DNA of 32,000 nucleotides, from NCBI RefSeq assembly GCF_017876815.1, contig NZ_JAGIOS010000001.1, forward strand, positions 1,920,001 through 1,952,000, written 5' to 3'. Source of the DNA: Sinorhizobium meliloti (GTDB lineage: Bacteria > Pseudomonadota > Alphaproteobacteria > Rhizobiales > Rhizobiaceae). A program made the position numbers and the translations under genes. Below, piece after piece: positions 1 through 7,329 of the stretch. Numbering within the stretch: the first letter of the stretch is position 1; the number at the start of each line of letters is the position of its first letter. The notes under the pieces were generated by a model. It was not told the DNA's origin. It saw nothing but the letters and a program-made list of their open reading frames with translations, and ran no database searches.

Positions 1-330
1 CTCTCCTGGGGGGAAGCCGGCCCGGAACGTCGTCCCGCCTCCGGTCAGCTCGCCGCCGCCCAGGCCGATGCCGGCGCGCGGGAACAACCGGCGCATTCCG
101 AGCAGACCCCGGAAGGCCGTCTGGAGAACGCCATCGCCAGCCTCAGCGAAGGCGGCGAGGTCAGGAAGCTCGCCGAGGTCGAGGAGGAACTGATTCGGTT
201 TGCCCTGAAATTCTACCGCGGCCAGATGAGCCAAGTGGCGCGCAAATTGGGAATCGGGCGCTCGACTCTCTATCGCAAACTCAAGGATTACGGCATCGAT
301 CCCGACAATCCCCTGCGTGAAGCGGCATAA
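1..330 (+). CDS. 3' end of a Fis-type HTH (NtrC/enhancer-binding family) transcriptional regulator; the N-terminus lies upstream of the window
   Basis: Frame +1 is open from base 1 to TAA at 328-330. It translates to ...LSEGGEVRKLAEVEEELIRFALKFYRGQMSQVARKLGIGRSTLYRKLKDYGIDPDNPLREAA, a typical C-terminal Fis-type helix-turn-helix. It is not in the ORF track because no start codon lies in the window. Confidence 0.7.
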   Translation, partial: LSWGEAGPERRPASGQLAAAQADAGAREQPAHSEQTPEGRLENAIASLSEGGEVRKLAEVEEELIRFALKFYRGQMSQVARKLGIGRSTLYRKLKDYGIDPDNPLREAA

Positions 331-510
331 AATCGACGCATTCACACCTCATTTGCCGTGCAAATCGTTCACCGCCGTTTAGACCTTGTTAGCAAACTGT
401 TCACTATATTATAAGGGGCGGTGAACACTGTGGCATAATTGCCATGCTGTCACCTTATTTGACAGTCATCTGAGACAGCAAAGCACGGTTGTCCGTCGGA
501 CGGGGATTGA

Positions 511-2328
511 ATGCCAAATTTGTTCGGTTTGGAGGAACCAGTCGGTTCCTTTGCGCGCAGACTCTGCTCGGCGGTCGCTCGAAAGGCGCCCCAGGTCCTG
601 GCGTCCATCGCGCTGGTTTGCTCCCTTGTCACACCCGGCATGGCGCCTCCGGTCGAGGCCGCCGGCCAGACACGCACCCTCAAGCTCTATTTCATCCACA
701 CCAAGGAAAAGGCGCAGATCACCTACAAGCGCAACGGTCGCTACGATCAGAAGGGTCTGCAGCAGATCAATCGCTTCCTGCGCGACTGGCGGCGAAACGA
801 GCCGACCAAAATGGACCCGCGCCTGCTCGATCTCGTCTGGGAAGTTTACCAGAAGAGCGGTTCTCGCGACTACATCCATGTCGTTTCCGCCTATCGCTCC
901 CCCGCCACGAACGGCATGCTGAGGTCGCGGTCGAAGGGCGTCGCGAAGAAGAGCCAGCACATGCTCGGCAAGGCGATGGACTTCTATATACCGGACGTGA
1001 AGCTCAAGACGCTGCGCGAGGTCGGCATGAAGTTCCAGGTGGGCGGCGTCGGCTATTATCCGACTTCCGGTTCGCCCTTCGTCCATATGGACGTCGGTGG
1101 CGTGCGAGCCTGGCCGCGCATGACGCGCAACGAACTCGCGCGGCTCTTCCCGGACGGCAAGACCATGCATATTCCCTCCGACGGCAGGCCGCTGCCGGGC
1201 TATGAGCAGGCGGTGGCCGATTACAAGCGCCGCGTCGGCGCATCGGCGATCGAGGTCGCAGGCGGCGGCGCCAAGGGTCCGGGCGATACCGGCAAGCGCC
1301 GCAACCTGTTCGCTGCGCTCTTCGGCGGAGGCGGCGACGAGGATGAAGAACCCGCGGCAATCGCTGCCGGCGGCGCCGAAGAGGAAGCTCCGGCCAAGGT
1401 TCAGACCGCATCCGCGCCGGCGGCCCGGGATGCGCTTCCCGGCGTTGCCGGTTCCACCGCGGCGCCTGCCGAACAGGATATCAACGCACCGGTGCCGGCC
1501 GTGCGACCGGCATTCAAGGAAACCCCGGCTGATGGCGGCGTAGCGGTTGCACTCGTCGCGCCGGAGAAGAACAGTGCCCAGGAGGCGCTGGCAGCCGCCA
1601 TGCAGCCGACGACGGCCGTGCCTTCGGAATTCGCGGATCTGAGCGCGCTCAAGGTTCCGGTTCCGCAAATGCTCGACCGTCGCGACATGAACGCTCTGAT
1701 CGCCAACGAGACGCTCGTCGCCTCCGCCGACGGCCAGGCTCAGGAGTTCGGCTTCGTGCCGGTGCCTGGAATGCGTCCGGCCGGCGAAGAGGCACTCGCG
1801 GCCGTGGCTCACGCCGAGGTCACTATTCCCGCTTCCGCGGATCGGCCTGCGCTCGCTTCCGCGGCACAGCCGCCGGCAGCCGGCACACGCGTGGCCCTCG
1901 CCGCGCCGACCAGCGAGGATCGGACGCCTGCATTTTCTCCGGCGATCGAGGTCGCCGCCTATGCGCCGCAGCCGGGTTCCGCTTCACGTGAGGCGATCTT
2001 CGACAGCGTCTTCGACACGGAGGCCGACGCTCCCTCGAAGGGCGCACGTCCCAAGAGGCAGGATGCCGAGGCGAAGAGCCGGTCTTCTGTCCGCACGGAA
2101 CCTAAACTGACGAAGAAGATCATTTCCGAGTGGGCACTTTCGGCGGGCCGTGTGGCGACCCTGTCGAAGCCGGTCAAGGCGCCGCGCTTCGTCAGCAAGT
2201 CGCTCCGCGTCGCTCCGACGACCGTTTATGCGGCCGGCTTTACCAGCAATAGCGGAGCGGTCGATACGGCGCGCTTCAGCGGCAGCGCCGTCAACTTCAT
2301 GGAAGTGAAGAAGTTCAGCACAAACTGA
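511..2328 (+). CDS. DUF882 / peptidase M15A (YcbK/MepK-like) cell-wall peptidase with a long low-complexity C-terminal extension
   Basis: 605-aa ORF. The N-terminal third (RTLKLYFIHTKE...SAYRSPATN...SQHMLGKAMDF...GGVGYYPTSGSPFVHMDVG) carries the H-x6-D plus distal His metal-ligand pattern of the M15/DUF882 fold. The N-terminus has RR, a hydrophobic stretch and VEA-A, which looks like an export signal. Residues ~240-560 are rich in Ala, Pro, Glu and Gly. Confidence 0.8.
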   Translation: MPNLFGLEEPVGSFARRLCSAVARKAPQVLASIALVCSLVTPGMAPPVEAAGQTRTLKLYFIHTKEKAQITYKRNGRYDQKGLQQINRFLRDWRRNEPTKMDPRLLDLVWEVYQKSGSRDYIHVVSAYRSPATNGMLRSRSKGVAKKSQHMLGKAMDFYIPDVKLKTLREVGMKFQVGGVGYYPTSGSPFVHMDVGGVRAWPRMTRNELARLFPDGKTMHIPSDGRPLPGYEQAVADYKRRVGASAIEVAGGGAKGPGDTGKRRNLFAALFGGGGDEDEEPAAIAAGGAEEEAPAKVQTASAPAARDALPGVAGSTAAPAEQDINAPVPAVRPAFKETPADGGVAVALVAPEKNSAQEALAAAMQPTTAVPSEFADLSALKVPVPQMLDRRDMNALIANETLVASADGQAQEFGFVPVPGMRPAGEEALAAVAHAEVTIPASADRPALASAAQPPAAGTRVALAAPTSEDRTPAFSPAIEVAAYAPQPGSASREAIFDSVFDTEADAPSKGARPKRQDAEAKSRSSVRTEPKLTKKIISEWALSAGRVATLSKPVKAPRFVSKSLRVAPTTVYAAGFTSNSGAVDTARFSGSAVNFMEVKKFSTN

Positions 2329-2351
2329 ACCTTCGCTTGCCGCCTAAACAT

Positions 2352-2388
2352 AAAAAGCCCGCCAGGTCAGTCCGCCGGCGGGCTTTTT
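2352..2388. terminator. Bidirectional Rho-independent terminator between the convergent DUF882 and gapR genes
   Basis: AAAAA-GCCCGCC (2357-2363), a 13-nt loop, then GGCGGGC (2377-2383)-TTTTT. The stem has an A-run on one side and a T-run on the other. Confidence 0.8.
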
Positions 2389-2397
2389 GCTGAGTCG

Positions 2398-2670
2398 TCA
2401 GGCTGCGTCCTCGGCTTCGACGGCAGGGATCATGCCCAGCGCCTGCAGATAGGTGTCGAGAATCGCTTCCTGTTCCATGCGCTCGTCGGCGTCCTGCTTG
2501 CGGATCGATATCACCTTGCGCAGGATCTTGGCATCGAAGCCCATCGATTTTGCCTCGCCATAGACATCCTTGATGTCGTCGGCGATGGTCTTCTTCTCTT
2601 CTTCCAGCCGTTCGATCCGTTCGATGAAAGCGCGAAGCTGGTCGCGGGCAATGCCGTGAGCATCCGACAT
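2398..2670 (-). CDS. gapR: GapR-type nucleoid-associated protein (DUF2312)
   Basis: 90-aa [63 protein letters not shown]..., the conserved DUF2312 sequence of alphaproteobacterial GapR. Confidence 0.85.
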   Translation of the reverse strand: MSDAHGIARDQLRAFIERIERLEEEKKTIADDIKDVYGEAKSMGFDAKILRKVISIRKQDADERMEQEAILDTYLQALGMIPAVEAEDAA

Positions 2671-2777
2671 GGTCGTCTCCTTGTGGGGATGAATTTTCCG
2701 GGTGGTGTGAACTGCCGTGAACGGCCGCCGAGGTCAAGGGCGATTGCGCAACAACACAGGCATTTCCCGCGCAGGTC

Positions 2778-3083
2778 CTACTCCTTCGGGCGATTGCGCT
2801 CGAACGCGGCTTTCTGCTCGGGCGAGGCCTCACCCTGATTCTGCGTCCGCCATTCCTCATAGGGCATGCCGTAGACGATCTCCCGGGACTCCTCCTTGCT
2901 CATCGGCACGCCGGAAGCCTCCGCAGCCTCGCGATACCAATTCGACAGGCAATTGCGGCAGAAGCCGGCGAGGTTCATCAGGTCGATGTTCTGGACGTCG
3001 CTGCGTTCGCGCAGATGCTCGAGCAGCCGGCGGAAGGCCGCGGCCTCGAAAGCGGTGCGCTGTTCCGGGCTGATTTCGCTCAT
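2778..3083 (-). CDS. DUF1244 family protein
   Basis: The start was moved to ATG 3081-3083 (MSEISPEQRTAFEAAAFRRLLEHLRER...GFCRNCLSNWY...), preceded by GAGGAGG. The in-frame upstream part of the tracked ORF is Arg/Thr-rich and looks non-coding. The sequence matches the DUF1244 family as I remember it. Confidence 0.8.
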   Translation of the reverse strand: MSEISPEQRTAFEAAAFRRLLEHLRERSDVQNIDLMNLAGFCRNCLSNWYREAAEASGVPMSKEESREIVYGMPYEEWRTQNQGEASPEQKAAFERNRPKE

Positions 3084-3102
3084 CGGTGTGGCCTCCTCTT
3101 CT

Positions 3103-3897
3103 TCAGTCGCTGTAAGCACCCGTACGGGACGGGTGGCGATGGTAGGCATGAAGCTCCGGCAGACCGTTGAGCGCCGCAAGGATGGGCGTCAGACGTTCCG
3201 CCCAGGCGGCGGCGCCCGCGGCATCGGCGATCAGGTCCTGGCGGACCTCTATCAGCGCATGCGCAATCCCGGGAGCCATGCAGTGCCGGTACATGGTATC
3301 GCCACGCAGCGCACCGTCATAGGGCTCGTTGTTGCCGACGACGATGTCGCCGGCCGCCTCCAGCCGTTCGATCAGCGGAAACACGGCGCGAGGGTCGTTG
3401 TCCCAGAGAACCGAGGCATGCCAGGGGCGTGCCACGCCCTTCCAGAAGGGCGTGAAGGAATGCAGGGAGATGACGAGAGGCGCTCTTCCGCCGGCGGCGG
3501 CGGACCGGGCGATGGTCTCGGATACGGCCTCGTGATAGGGGCGGTGAAAGCGCCTTATGCGGTTCTGCCACTCCTCGTCCGAGATCGGGTGGTTGCCCGG
3601 AACGATCGCGCCATCGGAAATCTTCATGATCAGGGTGGGGTCGTCTTCGCCGCGATTCGGATCGATCAGGAGGCGCGAGAAACAGCCGAGCACGGCCGGC
3701 GCGTCAAGTGCGGCCGACAATTGCCGCGTCAGCGGTTCGATGCCGATATCGTAGGCGATGTGACGCTCGAAGGCGCTTTCGGGCAGGCCAAGCCGGCCAT
3801 ATTCCGGCGGCAGCCGGTTCATTGCATGGTCGGCAACCAGCACGAGACCCTTTGCCGGATCGCCCCCGGTGATCTCGTAAGGAGAGTAGTGCTGCAT
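3103..3897 (-). CDS. N-formylglutamate amidohydrolase (FGase/HutG-like) family protein
   Basis: Start at ATG 3895-3897 (MQHYSPYEITGGDPAKGLVLVADHAMNRLP...), with AGGAG 7-8 nt upstream. The pattern LVxDHAxN...LIDxNRG...SLHSFTP is typical of the FGase family. It lies 19 nt upstream of the DUF1244 gene. Confidence 0.75.
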   Translation of the reverse strand: MQHYSPYEITGGDPAKGLVLVADHAMNRLPPEYGRLGLPESAFERHIAYDIGIEPLTRQLSAALDAPAVLGCFSRLLIDPNRGEDDPTLIMKISDGAIVPGNHPISDEEWQNRIRRFHRPYHEAVSETIARSAAAGGRAPLVISLHSFTPFWKGVARPWHASVLWDNDPRAVFPLIERLEAAGDIVVGNNEPYDGALRGDTMYRHCMAPGIAHALIEVRQDLIADAAGAAAWAERLTPILAALNGLPELHAYHRHPSRTGAYSD

Positions 3898-4126
3898 TCC
3901 GCTCCTGCCAGGCTGAAGGTACCCACCTGATTGCACGCAAAGCCGCCATTCGCAAGAAAAACGCGAAGCTCTTATGCCGTTCCGTCACAGGAATGACGAT
4001 TATAATCGATTAGAGTTGCGTTGACTTTCGGGGCTGGGCGTCGCAAGAAAGTGCCACGCAAATCAAAACGGAGTTCCGTAGGAAGCCGTGTCTAGATATC
4101 CTTTTTCCAGAGTGAAGCCGGGGTCG

Positions 4127-4564
4127 ATGACGTTTGGATCCATCCTCCTGTTTTCCTTGGCAATTTCCGCTTCATTTCTCTCTGCCGGCGATGCCCGCGC
4201 CGATTTTCGAGTCTGCAACGGGACGCAGACTCTGGTCGGCGTGGCAATCGGTTATCGGGCCAAGGAAGGCTGGGTGACGGAAGGCTGGTGGCAGGTTCCG
4301 GCGACGACCTGCGCCACGCTGATCGAGGGCGAACTTCAGTCCCGATATTATTATCTCTACGCGGAAGATGCGGCCAAGGGCGGCCGTTGGACCGGCGATG
4401 TCAACATGTGCGTGGCCGAGAACGAGTTCAAGATCGTCGGCGTGCAGGACTGCTTCGCCCGCGGCTTCCAGCGCATGGGATTCAAGGAATACGACACGGG
4501 GCGGCAGGGAAGCTGGATGGTTCAGCTTTCCGACACGCCCGGCACGCAGGAAAGCCAGAATTGA
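4127..4564 (+). CDS. Secreted DUF1036 family protein
   Basis: Start chosen at ATG 4127. This gives a clean signal peptide (MTFGSILLFSLAISASFLSAGDARA/DF). The mature part has 4 Cys and the DUF1036-like FRVCNGT...GWW...YYYLYAED pattern. The stop TGA at 4562-4564 overlaps the pyk ATG. Confidence 0.75.
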   Translation: MTFGSILLFSLAISASFLSAGDARADFRVCNGTQTLVGVAIGYRAKEGWVTEGWWQVPATTCATLIEGELQSRYYYLYAEDAAKGGRWTGDVNMCVAENEFKIVGVQDCFARGFQRMGFKEYDTGRQGSWMVQLSDTPGTQESQN

Positions 4565-6003
4565 TGAGACGGAACAGGAAAGTCAAAATCCTCGCGACGC
4601 TCGGGCCGGCATCGGCCGACGAGCAAATGATTCAGAAGCTGCACGAGGCGGGGGCCGATCTGTTCCGTATCAACATGAGCCATGCAAGCCATGAGGTCAT
4701 GCGCACGCTGATCGAGCGGATCCGTGTGGTCGAGGCGCGCTGCGGCCGTCCGATCGGCATCCTCGCCGATCTGCAGGGGCCGAAGCTGCGCGTCGGAAAG
4801 TTCGCCGAAGGCAAGGTCGAGCTCAAGATCGGCCAGACATTCACGCTCGACAACCGCGACGTGCCCGGCGACAGCCGCCGCGTCTATCTTCCGCATCCGG
4901 AGATCCTCGAAGCGGTGAAGCCCGGCCATCGCCTGCTCATCGACGATGGCAAGCTGCATCTGCGCGCCGAAAAGACCGATGGCAAGAGCATCGTCACCAC
5001 GGTCGTTTCCGGCACGCGGATTTCGGATCGCAAGGGCGTCAGCCTGCCCGATACCCTGCTTGGCGTCGGCGCGCTGACGGACAAGGACCGCGTCGACCTC
5101 GACGCCGTGCTGGCGACAGGAGAGGTCGATTGGGTGGCGCTTTCCTTCATCCAGCGCCCTGAGGACCTTGCCGAGGTTCGCAAGATCGCCCGCGGCCGCG
5201 TTGGACTGATGTCGAAGATCGAGAAGCCGCAGGCGATCGAGCGGATAGACGAGATCATCGAGCTTTCGGATGCGCTGATGGTGGCACGCGGCGACCTGGG
5301 CGTCGAAATGCCGCTCGAATCCGTACCGGGACTTCAGAAGCAACTGACGCGTGCCTGCCGGCGAGCCGGCAAGCCGGTCGTCGTCGCCACGCAGATGCTC
5401 GAATCGATGATCTCCTCGCCTGTGCCGACGCGCGCAGAAGTGTCGGACGTGGCTACCGCCGTGTTCGAGGGTGCCGATGCGGTGATGCTTTCGGCCGAAT
5501 CCGCCTCCGGCGAGTACCCCGTCGAGGCGGTTTCTACCATGGCGTCGATCGCCAGCAACGTCGAGCGCGATCCGCATTATCCGGGGATCATCTACGCTCA
5601 GCGCACGCCGCCGGAGGCAACGGGCGCGGACGCCATTTCGCTTGCCGCTCACCAGATCGCCGAGACGCTCAAGCTTGCCGCAATCGTGACCTACACCTCC
5701 TCTGGCACCACCGGCCTGCGCGCGGCGCGCGAGCGCCCCCAGGTGCCTGTCATCGCGCTTTCGCCGATCGTCCAGACGGCCCGTCGCCTTTCCGTGGTCT
5801 GGGGGCTGCACTGTGTCGTCACAGAGGACGCGACCGACCTCGACGATATGGTCAACCGCGCCTGTCGAATCGTCTCGACGGAAGGCTTCGGCAAGCCGGG
5901 AGACCGCATCATCGTTACCGCCGGCGTGCCGCTCGGTACCCCCGGCGCCACCAACATGCTGCGCATCGCCTATATCGGCTCGGACGGCCAATCGGGCATC
6001 TGA
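4564..6003 (+). CDS. pyk: Pyruvate kinase
   Basis: ATG at 4564 gives MRRNRKVKILATLGPASADEQMIQKLHEAGADLFRINMSHASHE...MVARGDLGVEMP...ATQMLESM..., canonical pyruvate kinase motifs. The tracked ORF start at 4288 is an in-frame upstream extension that overlaps the DUF1036 gene. Confidence 0.95.
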   Translation: MRRNRKVKILATLGPASADEQMIQKLHEAGADLFRINMSHASHEVMRTLIERIRVVEARCGRPIGILADLQGPKLRVGKFAEGKVELKIGQTFTLDNRDVPGDSRRVYLPHPEILEAVKPGHRLLIDDGKLHLRAEKTDGKSIVTTVVSGTRISDRKGVSLPDTLLGVGALTDKDRVDLDAVLATGEVDWVALSFIQRPEDLAEVRKIARGRVGLMSKIEKPQAIERIDEIIELSDALMVARGDLGVEMPLESVPGLQKQLTRACRRAGKPVVVATQMLESMISSPVPTRAEVSDVATAVFEGADAVMLSAESASGEYPVEAVSTMASIASNVERDPHYPGIIYAQRTPPEATGADAISLAAHQIAETLKLAAIVTYTSSGTTGLRAARERPQVPVIALSPIVQTARRLSVVWGLHCVVTEDATDLDDMVNRACRIVSTEGFGKPGDRIIVTAGVPLGTPGATNMLRIAYIGSDGQSGI

Positions 6004-6037
6004 GCCGCCGCGGTTCGATCGAGCGCATTTCGAAACT

Positions 6038-6221
6038 GCCCCTCATCCGCCTGCCGGCACCTTCTCCCCGCAAGCGGGGCGAAGGGACTCGCGGCGCCAA
6101 CTTCGTCCCCTCCCTACGTTCCTTGCGCCATTGTCAACGGCCGAGGAGGGATGGGAGCCTGCCGCTCGTTCCCTTCGCCCCGCTTGCGGGGAGAAGGTGG
6201 CCGGCAGGCCGGATGAGGGGC
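6038..6221. repeat. Composite palindromic intergenic repeat (RIME/REP-like): two inverted ~50-nt modules
   Basis: The left arm (6038-6086, GCCCCTCATCCGCCTGCCGGCACCTTCTCCCCGCAAGCGGGGCGAAGGGA) is the near-perfect reverse complement of the right arm (6170-6221), with two 1-nt indels. Each arm contains its own CCTTCTCCCCGC-NN-GCGGGG(A/C)GAAGG hairpin. The right arm is followed by TTTTTT (6223-6228). Confidence 0.9.
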
Positions 6222-6240
6222 ATTTTTTAACGAGTGCCGG

Positions 6241-6855
6241 TCACGTGCGGCTGCCGGCAAGCTTTTCCGCGAGCTCGCCGAGTTGCTCCTGCGCCTTCCG
6301 GTCGGAGGGGTAGATGTCGAGGAATTGCTGCCATGCGCGCATGGCAAGTTCATCCTTCCCGGCGGCCTCGAGCATGGTGGCCATGCCGGCGAGCGCACCG
6401 AAATGGCGGGGCTCCAGGGCAAGGACATGATTTATGTCGGACATCGACTTGCGGAAGTTGCCCATCTGGTAGTGCAGCGTGGCGCGGCGGTTCCAGCCTT
6501 CGACATAGTCGGGGGCGAGAGCGATCGCCTGGTCGAGAAGGTCGAGCGCCGCCGTCTGCTTCTCATCGGCAATCGCCTTGCTGGCCCATTGCATCAGGAG
6601 ATTCACGGTCGCGCTGCCGGAATCCTGCCATTCGAGACGGATGCGATCGGCCACCTGCCGGGCCTTGTCCTCATCGCCTTCCTTCTTGAGATCGGCGAAG
6701 AGGGCGTCGACACGCTCTTTGGGAGTGGTGAGGGCAGCGACCTCGGCCTGAGGCGCGGGCTCTGCCGCGCTGAGCGGCGCGGCGGCCACCATCGCGGCGG
6801 CGGTCATGGCAAGAGATGCCAGAATCAAGTTCACAAAAACACGCATGGCGGACAT
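6241..6855 (-). CDS. Secreted TPR-repeat protein
   Basis: 204-aa ORF with a signal peptide (MSAMRVFVNLILASLAMTAAAMVAAAPLSAAEP). TPR-like repeats follow (ALAPDYVEGWNRRATLHYQMGNFRKSMSDINHVLALEPRHFGAL...). An alternative start is ATG 6846. Confidence 0.75.
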   Translation of the reverse strand: MSAMRVFVNLILASLAMTAAAMVAAAPLSAAEPAPQAEVAALTTPKERVDALFADLKKEGDEDKARQVADRIRLEWQDSGSATVNLLMQWASKAIADEKQTAALDLLDQAIALAPDYVEGWNRRATLHYQMGNFRKSMSDINHVLALEPRHFGALAGMATMLEAAGKDELAMRAWQQFLDIYPSDRKAQEQLGELAEKLAGSRT

Positions 6856-7030
6856 CGTAGCCCGCCATGAAACAAGATCAAATCAATTTTGGGAAATCGG
6901 CGAGCAAGCCGCCGTGTTCCAGTTTTCCTCGGGTCGCTCCCGCTTCGGGAAACGTGCAGTCACCCAAGTGGTACGATCTTTGCGCATCCGCCAAGACGCG
7001 CGGCGCTGCAGGCACGGCCTGCAGCAAGCA

Positions 7031-7156
7031 TCAGCCCTGGCGTGCCTTGAAGCGCGGGTTCAGCTTGTTGATGATGTAGACGCGGCCCTTGCGACGAACC
7101 AGGCGGTTTTCGCGGTGACGGGTCTTCAGGGACTTGAGCGAATTCTTGATCTTCAT
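7031..7156 (-). CDS. rpmJ: 50S ribosomal protein L36 (Cys-less, YkgO-like form)
   Basis: Not in the ORF track because it is under 60 aa. The reverse complement of 7031-7156 reads [41 protein letters not shown], with AGGAAAA just upstream of the ATG. Confidence 0.9.
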   Translation of the reverse strand: MKIKNSLKSLKTRHRENRLVRRKGRVYIINKLNPRFKARQG

Positions 7157-7212
7157 TTTTCCTGATCCGCAGGTTTCGGGGAACGAAAATTCGCCCGGTA
7201 ATTCCAACAATC

Positions 7213-7235
7213 AAAAGCGCGCCGTTCAGCGCGCT
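7213..7235 (-). terminator. Terminator-like hairpin between purK and rpmJ
   Basis: On the minus strand: AGCGCGC-TGAACG-GCGCGCT followed by TTTTG. It lies downstream of the purK stop and upstream of the rpmJ start. Confidence 0.5.
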
Positions 7236-7250
7236 GTTCAAGTAGGCAGG

Positions 7251-7279
7251 CACATACCGTGTCGACCCAATCGTGTCAA
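7251..7279 (-). promoter_or_regulatory. Candidate sigma-70 promoter reading toward rpmJ
   Basis: The minus strand reads TTGACA (7279-7274), a 17-nt spacer, then TATGTG (7256-7251). Confidence 0.35.
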
Positions 7280-7329
7280 CCGCGTGCCGGGGATTTTGCC
7301 GCCTGTCCCCGCCTTCCGTGGCGTCCCCG

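Noticed and set aside
431-444. TGGCA-N4-TGCCA, considered as a sigma-54 (-24/-12) promoter because a Fis-type activator gene ends just upstream
   Set aside because: The GG and GC dinucleotides are 3 nt closer together than in the TGGCAC-N5-TTGC consensus, which has GG and GC one helical turn apart. It is kept only as a palindrome in the operator-like cluster.
466-1812. 448-aa minus-strand ORF antisense to the DUF882 gene, plus nested ORFs at 489-1205, 1004-1411, 1202-1543 and 1401-1706
   Set aside because: The translations are Arg/Gly/Ala/Pro-rich and low in complexity, with no recognisable motifs. The plus-strand frame has clear M15/DUF882 motifs. Long stop-free antisense frames are expected in GC-rich DNA.
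4522-5991. 489-aa ORF antisense to pyruvate kinase
   Set aside because: It is the mirror frame of an unmistakable pyk gene. The product is Arg/Asp/His-rich with no domain signature. This is a high-GC artefact.
5813-6428. ORFs 5813-6313 (+), 5915-6100 (-) and 6114-6428 (-) giving peptides such as PSPRKRGEG and FSPQAGRRD; also 27093-27737 (-) and 27069-27377 (+)
   Set aside because: They run straight through the palindromic repeat modules. The same peptide strings arise wherever the repeat occurs, so they are translation artefacts of a non-coding repeat.
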